Below, one piece after another: positions 23,966-35,678 of a stretch of 64,000 nucleotides of DNA. How positions within the stretch are numbered: the first letter of the stretch is position 1; every line of letters begins with the position of its first letter. The notes under the pieces are model-generated. The model saw nothing but the letters and a program-made list of their open reading frames with translations, was not told where the DNA came from and searched no databases. A program made the position numbers and the translations under genes. Source of the stretch: Tubiluchus corallicola (lineage: Eukaryota; Animalia; Priapulida). The stretch lies in the NCBI GenBank assembly GCA_030141605.1, contig JAQGDQ010000443.1, forward strand, positions 62,001 to 126,000, written 5' to 3'.

Positions 23966-24604
23966 GCTACTCAGAGTAAAACTAGATTTAAATCAGACGT
24001 TGTTCTCCTCCGCTCAGCATACCCGCTACTCAGAGTAAAACTAGATTTAAATCAGACGTTGTTCACCTCCGCTCAGCATACCCGCTACTCAGAGTAAAAC
24101 TAGACTTAAATCAGACGTTGTTCACCTCCGCTCAGCATACCCGCTACTCAGAGTAAAACTAGACTTAAATCAGACGTTGTTCACCTCCGCTACTCAGAGT
24201 AAAACTAGATTTAAATCAGACGTTGTTCACCTCCGCTCAGCATACCCGCTACTCAGAGTAAAACTAGACTTAAATCAGACGTTGTTCACCTCCGCTCAGC
24301 ATACCCGCTACTCAGAGTAAAACTAGACTTAAATCAGACGTTGTTCACCTACGCTCAGCATACCCGCTACTCAGAGTAAAACTAGATTTAAATCAGACGT
24401 TGTTCACCTCCGCTGCGCAGAGTAAACTAGATTAAATCAGACGTTGTTCCCTCCGCTCAGCATCCGCTTGTTGGTTTGGTTGTTTGTGGTGTTTGGTTGT
24501 TTGGGTTTGGTGTTTGTTGGGTGTTGCGGTGTTTTGGTTGTTTGTGCTCAGAGTAAAACTAGATTTAAATCAGACGTTGTTCACCTCCGCTCAGCATACC
24601 CGCT
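23966..24604. repeat. 59-bp tandem repeat, ~10 near-identical units, interrupted by a G/T-only tract
   Basis: GCTACTCAGAGTAAAACTAGAYTTAAATCAGACGTTGTTCACCTCCGCTCAGCATACCC; unit 4 lacks 13 bp between CCGCT microhomologies. Confidence 0.97.
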
Positions 24605-24883
24605 CGATTTTGCCATCAAAATCCAGCGAAGCAGCAGCGATGAGCGATCGGTTATATTGGAAACGGTTATTGATGAAACAGTTAAAAATTTCAAATTAAA
24701 GCTCTTCTATTTGACGAAGCTGTTATAGTGCTACCATTATGTTTTTACTACCTATAAATAATTTTGGACTCGATACTTAAAGGACAAGAAACCTCTTACT
24801 TGCATAAAGCAAAAAATCTTCTTGAAATTTTGTATCAGCTATGTATACTGTCTTATTGCGCACAGAGGCAGATTTAGCAGTAA

Positions 24884-25216
24884 CGCTGTATAAAACTCAG
24901 GCAAAGCCATTTTGACGGTAGGTCATCTGAAACAAGTTTAGATGGCCTTGCGTATGGAACACCAGTAAGATTTGAATTAAACGAGACACTAGAACCTGCT
25001 AAACGGCCTCTAGGCAAACCAAAAACAATCTGGATATCAAAAATTAATAATGATCTACAACAGCTGAGACCAAACTTAACAATAGCATTACAGGAGTTGA
25101 AAATTTTAGTTGTAGACAGGAAACAGTGGGGTGCTCTAATAAAAGAGGCGGCTAAAGGAGCTATTGAGCGACCTCTTTTATTAGAGCACCCCACTGTTTC
25201 TTGTTTACTTTTTTGA
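24884..25216 (+). pseudogene. C-terminal fragment of an RTE-clade LINE ORF
   Basis: Stop-free frame gives GTPVRFELNETLEPAKRPLGKPKTIWISKINNDL...VDRKQW, matching the RTE KRP.GRP...W...I..DL...DR..W C-terminus. Confidence 0.8.
25112..25208. repeat. 37-bp inverted repeat (2 mismatches) with 23-nt loop at the end of the RTE fragment
   Basis: AAACAGTGGGGTGCTCTAATAAAAGAGG / CCTCTTTTATTAGAGCACCCCACTGTTT pair perfectly, and pairing extends outward. Confidence 0.95.
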
Positions 25217-25480
25217 AATTTTCAACGCCTGTTTTTTAATGTCTACAATAGATGTTTAGAGCAACAAAAGAAAAGAAGACGAAGGGTAAAGTTCGAAAAA
25301 ATAATCAGAACAAGCACACGCTTCGCTAACCAAGAAAAAGTATGAATTGCATTATCTTGTTTACAACATTAATAATATATTTTTGGTGAGCCAGTGACGT
25401 GCACACAGGGATAGTGTGACAATGACGTTTTTTACCAGTTGGCGCCAACATTTTAAATTATTAAGTATTTTCTTTTTCAG

Positions 25481-25501
25481 TTACATATGCCTTTCAAACA
25501 G
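25481..25501 (+). other. Candidate 21-nt micro-exon of an unidentified gene
   Basis: TTTTCTTTTTCAG|TTACATATGCCTTTCAAACAG|GTAAGC; length is a multiple of 3 and there are no internal stops. Confidence 0.3.
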
Positions 25502-25915
25502 GTAAGCGTAATGCTAAGTATCCTAACTTTGTGTAAGAAGTTTTTTGGGGCTTACTCTAAAATTCTCTTTTCTTTCGTTTAAAAAGCCAGTAGCCGAGGG
25601 AGAAACACCTTTACTTGCATCGCCTCGAAACTTCGCGTTTATAACAGTGCAAGTGCTAAGAAAAGCTGTGTGTGTGACGTCTGTTGGCATTAAGTCGTAG
25701 CAGCTGGAAATGACAGAAGAATGGGTGCTTGCGTCTCTCTCTAACGCTCACGCATCTTTCAAGATTACAGTGATGACGTTATTGTGAGCTAGCAGGCTCG
25801 CCGTATTCCTTAGTTTTAGTGGTTGTGATAAAATTAATATCCCATAATTTACTACCACACCACAAACAATTTTAACATAAAGAAGATAGCTCAAGCTGGT
25901 AAAGTGAAGTATATT

Positions 25916-26560
25916 ATGATGACGACGACGACGACGACGACGACGACGATAATGATGATGATAATGATGCCAAGTTTTTATTGGTCTGTTTTGCAGGCAA
26001 ACATTTCTGGACATACTTCATGCAATTTTACAATAATATTGTGCATTCATACAACATTACATATCAGTTACAAATGCAGTTAACATTATTTACAGGAATG
26101 TTAAACAAAGAATATTAAAGAATATAATCGAAGTATGTAACGCATAAACGTATCGCCAATGGTAATACAAAATCCTGTTTTACTAATCATGTTCAACAGT
26201 TAGAATACTTTATTTATTTTACATGTCACTTGTTAGTATCCAACCACAGAAGTGAATAGTTATGAAAAACCAAGCCTGTCGCTATCAGCTTCTTAACAAG
26301 GATACAAATTTTGTCTTAAACAATAGAATCTCGCGACAAATTTCCAAAGCTGATGAACTGAATCCATGTTATGCAGTTTAGAAAAAGTTGTTTCAGAGAA
26401 ATTGTCTATAGAGAAAATCGAGCATGAAGAAAATGACATAAACGCTTTGTAGATGACGAACATTGTTAGACAATAACTGCAGGCAAATAAAGCTTGACAG
26501 AGTGCAACTTCGAGTATCATTAAGTATGGAATCTTTCCTAGAACATTTATCTACTTATTG
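25916..26560 (-). mobile_element. Degraded LINE 3' end (RTEX/L1-like Cys-knuckle C-terminus) with (ATC/GTC)n tail
   Basis: Minus strand: RSCTL / LFACSY ... LWKFVARFYCLR, then a T-rich UTR, AATAAA and the microsatellite at 25916-25969. Confidence 0.45.
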
Positions 26561-26649
26561 GCTGCTGTGAAAATGAATGTTTTTCGAAAACGTTGCAAAT
26601 CGCAAAAATGAGTTTTTTAAAGACAAGCATCAACTGACCGCTAACGCTG

Positions 26650-26787
26650 AAAGTTTTTATTATTCTTAATTAATTTGTATGGACGCATTTGCCTTCATCA
26701 ATGTTTTGTGTTTAAAACAACTACACTGAGAATTGTTGTATATTTATGCATTTCTTTTATGGCAAATAAAGAGTTTTACTACTACTG

Positions 26788-26850
<63 letters not shown>
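26650..26850 (+). mobile_element. LINE 3' tail with (TAC)n microsatellite
   Basis: T-rich UTR, GGCAAATAAA, then (TAC)n at 26777-26850. Confidence 0.6.
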
Positions 26851-27052
26851 GATTACCTCTGCACTAATGCTTGATATAAAACCCCGGTGTGAGGCACGAA
26901 ATTTTACGCTCCTCCTGATTCCGAGGATGGCTTATACTAACCCTCGTCAATGCATTATTGCTGTTTTGAAATGTGTGTATATAATTTGACAATGTGTATA
27001 ATTATGCTGGTATAAATCAGCCAAATAAAAAATCTAAATCTAAATCTAAATT
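26851..27052 (+). mobile_element. LINE/SINE 3' tail with (AAATCT)n
   Basis: UTR ending GCTGGTATAAATCAGCCAAATAAAAAATCTAAATCTAAATCTAAA. Confidence 0.55.
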
Positions 27053-27103
27053 AAAACTTAAATATAAATACATATAACGAATAATTACTTCCACAAATCA
27101 TTG

Positions 27104-27156
<53 letters not shown>
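27104..27156. repeat. (CT)n(AT)n microsatellite
   Basis: Seen directly. Confidence 0.95.
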
Positions 27157-27158
<2 letters not shown>

Positions 27159-27532
27159 CATTAACTATGACTAATCCCCTACCTATAGAAATATCTTAAA
27201 AATACTTTCTTCTGTGACACAAGTACACGATTTGTCTGCAGTGATGGTGAAAACAACTATTTATCAATAAAAAATTCATTAGTTTTCGTCAGGTCGAGCT
27301 AGACGCGCATATACAAGCGTCTGTAAAAAATGTTAACTCTAATGCAAATGTGTTGAGTTTGTACAGCAACCGTTGCGCAAACAATAATATCCTCGATGAA
27401 AAGCCATGATTAAAACCAATATCTCTAGACAGCACTTGATAGGGTTAGTCACAATTCACACAGGAACATGAGCTAGCAGTAATGTTAACGTTTTTTTAAA
27501 TTCTTGATCATAAAATTCCAAACAATCTGCGC

Positions 27533-27835
27533 GATATTAATATTGATGTTACAAGCCCAGAGTTAATTAAATGTGATAGCAAATAATGAAAGATAGAAAA
27601 TGTGAAAAAGTTCAATTGCAGCCTGGGTTTGAACCACCCACTACTGAACCAACCAACCAATTTTGGACTGCCTTAATTTCCGAGGAATACGGTGGCTTAG
27701 TGGTCTAAGAAATCTGCCTTGCAAACAGAAACTCCCTGGTTAAAATCCATGCTGCATTCTAACTTGTTCGTATTTCCTGTATTTCAAGTTTAGATAATTA
27801 TGCGTTATTAAACCATCATTAATAATAATCTTGAC
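27533..27835 (+). mobile_element. tRNA-TIR family, copy 1: inverted arms with internal tRNA-like head
   Basis: A box TGGCTTAGTGG 27693, B box GGTTAAAATCC 27738, inverted B box 27625-27635; AT-rich arms are reverse complements of each other. Confidence 0.75.
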
Positions 27836-30802
27836 ATTAAGATTATAATAATTAGCCTGACCGTGCATTTACTACATTCATAACGGATAGACAAAACCGC
27901 TTTATTTCAACGTCAACACAAGACATCACTGATTTCAAAATTAGTAAAAACAAACGCGATGGTTTGTTTTCTTACAGTTATCGTGAGCTTTCCAAACAAA
28001 CATTAGTGGGACTAAGTTGTTTATGGGAGTGCACTGCGTTGTTCTTTATCAAGAGAATTGGCTGCAGTTGCCCAATTAACAAATCGTCATGCACTAATAA
28101 ACAAGGGAATTGATGCATATATACAGTAATTGTTCTATCAATAATTTTTCTGTGAAAATTACCAACGTTATTGTCGTGGTTTCGGGAAGCTGCTCGTATT
28201 TTTTGAATCCGGTACGAAGTGCGGCATCCAGGTACCAGAGGCCTCAGTTTTGATTATAGGAGGTTGAATTAGCATGAAGATACTAGAGAGCACTGAACAC
28301 ACGTCACTTCAACTTTCCCAATACGGTGCTCAAATATGCCCGTTAAATGCATCTATCTATACATTGCTACATTGTTGTAGTTTTTCATTCTAAAAACGAA
28401 TCTGCTCCAGCAATATGTAGTCTAAATGTTTCGAAAAGACAGATTTCGTGGAACAGCAAACGTTTCCCATCGCTTTCTTATGCAAACCAACAATTTTACA
28501 AGAAATAGAAAAGTAGGATGTGCCGGATCCAAGCACATTAGTGCTTCCATTCTCGTTTACTAAACGACAAGGACGTAGTTTACTATTACCAACGAGTGAA
28601 AATATTTTTACAGTTTATTAGATGAACTGCAAAAATAGATGCTGAGAAAAAATAACGATCATTTTGTAGACTTTTCCAGTCCGAATGCTCTAAAGAAAAG
28701 CTGAGTTGATATTTTAGAAAATTGGAAAATGTAATATGTCAGTGGCAACATGTCATGTAGCATTAGATAACATTTTATACAGCATTTCAACATAATTTCA
28801 ACTTTAATGTTACGACAACTGAGTTATGATAGAAATGTCAACAAAGTAACAAAGTCAGCTCAACTTTTCGCTAGCTCTAACAAGCACACGAGTCAATTTT
28901 CGCAACTATTTGACACGTAATCTCTTTCATGGACTTTAATTTACGCAGCGCCATGGCTGTAAAAGCATTATATTGTTTTAAACTCTCTAATTACATATTA
29001 ACGAGATGCGAAATTACGCAATTAATGTCAGGAGAGGACAATGACTATATAATTTCATACGGGGACTAATTAACTGATATATTAACTCGCAGCTTGCAAA
29101 TCAGTCAAATGATGAATAGAGTTAAAATAATTCTGCAACAACGTTGTGAATTTGAAAGAATTATTAATGAATTTTAGTTTCGTATGTGCGCTACGAGTTA
29201 CATAACATGGAGTGCGGTTATAAAAAAGCAATTTTTAAACTAATCCGAATACTACGCAAAATCCATCGAGTCTGTTTTGTAAGCAGACGTGTTTTGTTGC
29301 CTGTTCTGTTGTGGACGCAGAACATTTCTGGAAACTCGCAAACTGTGGACTGTATAACAATCTGTTTAAGATATTGACTATTTTAAACGCAAATTATTAA
29401 AGACAGAGCTTTTTAAAAAAACCTTATCCATGAAGTGCTAATTTTCATTTTGATATCGTAGAACTGTTTTAATGTATTTTAAAATCATAATTGTTTTTTT
29501 TGTAGTTTTATGGATGTGCAAGTAATATGTTATATTTTGTCGTATTTCAAAGTATTTTTGTGTATGTCATGTGTTCTTACCAAGTTGCATTAACATGCTA
29601 ATTAATTTTAAAGTCTTTTATTAACTAATGTAACGTACACGTAACATTTTAATGCAAAATGGCATAATGAATTAATAATTATGATATTTTTTGTTTATTT
29701 ATCAAAGAGTCAATCAGAACAAAAGATAGTGGATCAGAAGACCACTAGCTAAAAGACCACTGGATAAAGGATCATCCTAGGCTTTATCCAAAGCTTTGAC
29801 CATTGGCCTTACTACGTAATTACTGTAAGCCACTGAAATAGTAGTTTGATTTTTATTTGTTAACGTAGATTCAGTCATCAATTGCGCAGTTAAAGACAAC
29901 AATAAAATACCTCCATCGTGGCTTCCCAAAGCGTTCTTTCTGTACACAATAAATTTCAGAAAGCATGTTAACAAAGCACGAAAAACATTTAAGAAAAAGG
30001 GGTTCGTAGGCGGCGATGAAAAACTAAAATGGAGCATGAGAATGATATTGGTAGTTTTAAGAAAACAGAACTCAATCTTATACTGTAGTTCTAAACAATC
30101 TAATCTATAAAATACTGAAAGGAAACGAATTGTTTTTTTAAAGAATGACGTGGAAGAATTATCGTATTTCGTAGGGCTAGTTCTTCGCAGTTATATGCAT
30201 TTCGTCATTCGCTAGTTAGATGGGTACTAGCGCCTGCATCTCGGAAATGCGTTTGATAAAAAGCAGGAGCTGTATCCTTCGTTTCAGTTATGATGTAGCG
30301 CAAATGTTCTAGAGCTCATGCGTTATTTTATTTTTAATTTTTATTTTATTACATAATCCATTCGTACTTGCGCTAACACAGCAATAAACTTGAAATTTAA
30401 ATTTTAAACTTGAAATTTGCCGAGTTTTTGTGTATCACATTGAATGTTGTGCAGTAGCACTGTACTTCAATTTTTGCTTTCGCAAACACGTGCAACACGC
30501 CTATGGAATGTTTGTGCTAGTGAAAATTATGTTCAGTTGTGACGTAATCACTAACTGGGCTCGCCGGTCGTCAATTAAGTTTTTAGCCAATTATTTAATA
30601 TCAGAAACACTTGGCATTATTATATGTGTTAAGTGCATACTTTTACGATACTTCAGAATTGGGTAGGATATGAAAAATCACCCTGTTTTCCTTCAAGTAT
30701 TGAATAGGATAAGTAAAGTATCATTATTACTATTATATTACTATTACAAGTTACTATGTCATATTAGCTACTGATACTCGAGCCAGATTACTTGCATGCA
30801 CT

Positions 30803-30880
30803 TTATGATGATGGCGATTTGATAGTGATGACGACAACAGCGACGATAACAACGACGACGACGATGATGATGATGACGAT
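30803..30880. repeat. (GAT/GAC)n microsatellite
   Basis: Seen directly. Confidence 0.85.
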
Positions 30881-33100
30881 TTTGGTGCAGAATTTGTGAG
30901 CTACATTAGCTTTGATCGATTTTCCCATGCTTAATAAGTATACTCTATTTTGCACTGCTTTGTTCCTCTTCCATTCTGTTCTGCTCAGATGTGATCTTGT
31001 TTGTTCCGTTTGATACAGTTGCGTTCTGCGTTGTTCCGTCTCATTTGTCCGTTCTGTTCTATCGTATTTCGTAGTTACAGCACAACGTTATTCGAATGGA
31101 GCAAATAAACAATAAAAAATCTTGTTCTTAAAAGACGAATATACTCTTTAAATTAAATAACAGACTTACGGCATTAATTAAGAAAATTAAAGAAATTAAA
31201 TAGTCTAAATCGATTCTTCTTCTTTTTCGTTCGTTAATGTCTGTTTTTGTCGTATATTGGAATTCGTGTCTAATCAGTACGCAGTTTGTTGGGGGGGGGG
31301 GGGGTGATTAAACGCGCTTTTATACCCGGCTTAACGACAGCTTCAAATGTTTGCCGCAAATTCCCAATCTATTGGCTATATAAATCTGGACGAATTTCAT
31401 TTTATCTACAGACTTCCAACACTGATTCACTACCATTTTGTGTGAGTTAAGTCCTAATGAAAGGTAAACCCCTTAAAGCTCACACATTGTGTATGAATCA
31501 ACATTGGCTGACTGGACTGGGTATGCAATAATGAAGCCGCGTAGACTGAATCAGATGAAACAAACTCTGCAAGCAAAAAAGACAAGAAAGCCAACGGCAA
31601 CTATTACATTTATCTACGTCGCTCATTTATCTGTGAACATTAACACAACATTATTTAGTGAACTTACACTTAAAATAATGCAAATAAAAACCAACATTAG
31701 AAACACATTAGAAACACAGATCTTGCGATGGCAAACATGGGACTCGAACCCGGATTTTACAATCAGTGAGCGTATTCGTGATTTATGTAAAAACACATTC
31801 TATATATGTCAGTGTGCTTCCCAATTGTGTCGTGGCATGAAACTGTTTGCAGCGGCACTGTGCACTTTTCTAATAAATGATATTTAAACCGAAAGACAGA
31901 GCGAGGAAAATCGAAACAAGGAGGATTTAAGAGGAGAACAATTGTCCCAAAATGAACTAGGAAATATAAATGATTAAACGAATTGAAGCAGTAATAAACA
32001 TTTACTGGTTGTGCCGAGGACAATGTCATCCACCGGTCACGATGAAAACAATTTAGAAAAGCGAAACCAGTCCAAATCGAAAAATATGAGCCAATCACGT
32101 CAGATGCGCTTATAGATTATTGAAATAGTCAAGGAGATTTATAGCATGTTATTCTTCAAAAGTCCGACGAATGTTTTTTTATATTAAAATCATACAAAAA
32201 TATTACCTTTTTATACAATTATTAGTTCGCTGTCAACTTTGCATTTTCGAGTGCAGTTTTAATTCTAATCTCTGAACAATTTTTCTATTTTGACCCTGGT
32301 AGATACCACAATTATTTTACCAAGAACTGGTACAGTAAGATAGGACGGACAACGACGGGAAATATTGATAAAAACTCTAGTCTCATTGGTCTGATACTCT
32401 ATTACAGTAACTTGAGTATTTTGTAATCATTCGCTGACGTACTTGCTCACGATTTATACTGGTTCGCTTGCCGTGACGTTTAATTAAAGTCGAATATCCG
32501 TGCTCGCTCTAAAATCAGCAGAAATTGGTTTCGTGACATTACCGTTTCACAACAGAGAAGATGCATTAAACTAAGTGTGCGACTGCATAATTTTCTTCAA
32601 CTTAGGTAAGCGATGACCGGATTCAGTGTAAGGGATAGAGCGTAGTACTCAAACTGCTAGAAACTAGCTGAACGAATTTTTCCTCTTTTCTGTGACTCGT
32701 TTATTTTACTCGAAGATTTATGAACGAAAGCAACCATTAAATTTCTATTAAGAAAACCGAGTGGTCATTCTGCATAGTCTGCTTCCACTGCATCTGCCCT
32801 TTACTGTAATTATGAAATGCACGCAAACCGTTTCACATGAAGTCACACCATCTGCATATGGGGAGATTTCAAACAAAAGCAACTGCTTTTCAATCAACAA
32901 AAAGTCTTTTACAATGGTCTACTGACTTACAAAGCAATACACTTGACTTCCTTTTAAATAAAACGGAATAATAGAAAATTTACTGAACTTGTGAATTAAT
33001 TAGATGAATAGTTTCTATGAACTAGCAAGTTTTGCAACATATATTTTTAGTTAGTGTTTTCTTTGTTTTGACACGACGAAGGAGTGGACTAAGTTGAAGG

Positions 33101-33137
33101 ATGAGGATGACCAGTTTCCATAGAAACCAAAACATCG
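33101..33137 (+). ncRNA. Degenerate minimal hammerhead relic (Penelope-like)
   Basis: ATGAGGA-TGACC-AGTTTC-CATA-GAAACC-AAAACATCG; stem II intact, GAAACGTCG decayed by G>A changes at CpG sites. Confidence 0.35.
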
Positions 33138-33424
33138 ACAGCGGTAATAAGACTAAGTACGATCATTACATTATAAGACCACTTTGAACAATTTAATTAC
33201 ATTTTTGTAAGCTATCAAATTACTAGGAACAAAACGCGGAAACAAGCATTTAGGTGCTTGGGGAAAACACTTAACGAAGTCCCATGGTCTGATCTTTGCC
33301 CTTCTGCATTATTACACTTGCCATTGCTGAAATAAAATTCTCAATGTAGGTTTATGGGGGGAGGAATTGGCCTAGTGTACATGAATATAGACTCACTGTT
33401 GTGAAGCTGTGTAGTCCATATAGA

Positions 33425-33600
33425 TAAAGCCACTCACGGCAGATCCATAATAAAAACTTCTAAATACAGCGTCTGGTAACAAAGCCACTCAGTGCGGACG
33501 CATGTAAGTGAAACATCTCAATATAAACTGATAAACAAAATCACCTAGTATGGACTCACGTAAATAAACATGGTCAATATATGTGTACTCAGTGTAGATA
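33425..33600. repeat. Old degenerate ~56-bp tandem repeat, ~3 units
   Basis: AAAGCCACTCA... at ~33426 and 33481, with a weaker copy near 33538. Confidence 0.5.
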
Positions 33601-33946
33601 GAAGCACCCAAAATATCCTATCCCAATTTGAAGTTTCTTAAAAGTGTACATTTTATACCCATAATAATGCCAAAATGTTTCTGATAGTTAAATATTAATT
33701 TAGAAACTTAATTAACAGACAGTCGGCACAGTTAGCGATGACGTCACAACTGAACACGGTTCCGTTCCACGAGAATGTTGCTCCTGTTTGCAAAATCGAA
33801 AAATGAAATGCATTGTTACTGTACAACTCTGGCTATGATTTACACCAACTCGGTAAACTTTAAGCAAAAAAATTTAATTTCAAGCCTTCCGCTATGCCAC
33901 TGCGCGATTTCACCACAAATGTATACCACGTTAGAACTGAAATAAG

Positions 33947-34122
33947 AGATAACAACTCCTGTTGCTTGTGCATCGAAATGGGTGGCGCTATGTCAATCTA
34001 ACGTAACGAAGATCCGACGCCTGTGAAATCTGACAAAATAAAATAAAATAAAGTAAAATAAAATAAGATAACAACTCCTGTTGCTTGTGCATCGAAATGG
34101 GTGGCGCTATGTCAATCTAACG
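33947..34122 (+). mobile_element. 62-bp retroposon 3' tail flanked by a perfect 57-bp direct duplication
   Basis: 33947-34003 is identical to 34066-34122; the insert 34004-34065 ends in (TAAAA)n. Confidence 0.8.
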
Positions 34123-35580
34123 GCGCGAACGTGAAATGAAGCTTTCGAGGTAACAATTCTTTCACGTGAATCATTCTTGAGGAATTAATATTTTCCTTTT
34201 CGATATTCTACACAGTTCGATCATTTATGGTTTAACATTGGGTCCGATTTTCCTTTAACCACTCAGTATAAAGTCATATGAAAGAAACCAATGAATGTGG
34301 ACACCACATAAACGAAACAATTGCTTCATGTAAAGCTCAGTGAAGACGCGGAAATGATTGATCTTTATACTTTCTTTTAGCTTCTGTTTTTAGCACTTTT
34401 AAGCAAGCTAAAGCAACATATATCTACATTAATAGATTCACTTCAGTTTTTCTATTTAAATGCGATTACACTGTACTTAAAATTACTAAGTACAAGAACT
34501 CTTTGCATTTACGACGCACAGTTTAAAGATAACGTCATTTGTGGAAAACCTTTTGACTCTGTCATTCGTAATTGGGAAAATCACCTGTCTGCAGAGTTCA
34601 ATACAAGAGAATTTTCTCTTTAGTACTTTACTAAGGTGCGACTTGATTCTAAGAATTGTTAGTTTACTAGCTTCGATTTTCAGCCGATGTCTTAAATTGT
34701 CTAGCGATGGGTTAATTCATAAATTTATGAACTATTCATTAACAAATGAACTAGCAAGTTGTTATTAAGAACAGAATTTGCGTTATTGTCCAACAGTTAT
34801 TGTTTATATAACAACACGGTGAGCCGCGCAGGTATTCTATGAAAAATTATAATTTGGCTAGTAGAAAAGCGAATATTTTTTAAAAATAATGTTTTGGCAG
34901 CAGTAAGTTTTGATTCCCACCGAGAGCGGTGTTCTGTCGCATTTCACGGCTGTAAATTCGCACAACAGTTGTAAAGGAACGCGAGTCTGTTTGTGCAGAG
35001 ATAACAGAATCTCCATTGAAATAACGATTCCTACAACTACCTCAGTCGTTTCAATGTTTCTCTTACCACTTTTGACTAAAAGGAGATCCCTTTATATTTG
35101 TAAAAACCGGTCACGGTGCATGTAAATGAAAGAAAAGCTGGAGTTGGTTAACAAGCGAATGGGTGACCACACACGAAAAGGGTTCCTTGCGTTTTATCTG
35201 TCAAACTGCTTGGGGGAAGACGTGTATATCTATCTGTCTGTCCGTCCGTCCGCCTGTGTGTCTCTGTCCGGTGATACCAATGTGGGATACTGTACCAAAA
35301 AAGACGACTTAGCCGCATTTACCTCTTTCTTTGGGACCAATAAAGCAATCACCCATCTACCTATTTATCAGGTTCGGCGATGTTTTATTTCGGCAGCAGT
35401 TGTTCTTTTCACTTTCACTGTTATTGGTAATTGTCATAGTCATTATCCTTATTGTATTGCTGCTGCTGCTACCGTTGTTGCTCTTCTTGCTGCTGTTCGG
35501 ATTATTGTTGCTGTTGCTAGTGTTGTTCCTCAAAATTGTCACGGTCTTACCTGTACGTCTGCTGTACGAGTCTTGATAAG

Positions 35581-35614
35581 GTGATGATAACGATGACGAT
35601 GATGATGATGATGA

Positions 35615-35655
<41 letters not shown>

Positions 35656-35656
35656 A
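35581..35656. repeat. (GAT)n microsatellite
   Basis: Seen directly; supplies the false N-terminus of ORF 35536..35844. Confidence 0.95.
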
Positions 35657-35678
35657 GTAACAATGACTGCAGCAACAG

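Noticed and set aside
24468-24546. Interstitial telomeric repeat
   Set aside because: No periodic TTAGGG/TTAGG unit; the tract is aperiodic G/T.
23966-24604. CRISPR-like array
   Set aside because: Units are contiguous with no unique spacers, there are no cas genes, and the context is eukaryotic.
35205-35290. Helentron/HINE element suggested by (GTCC/GTCT)n
   Set aside because: Could not locate the subterminal IRs or 3' hairpin needed to support it.
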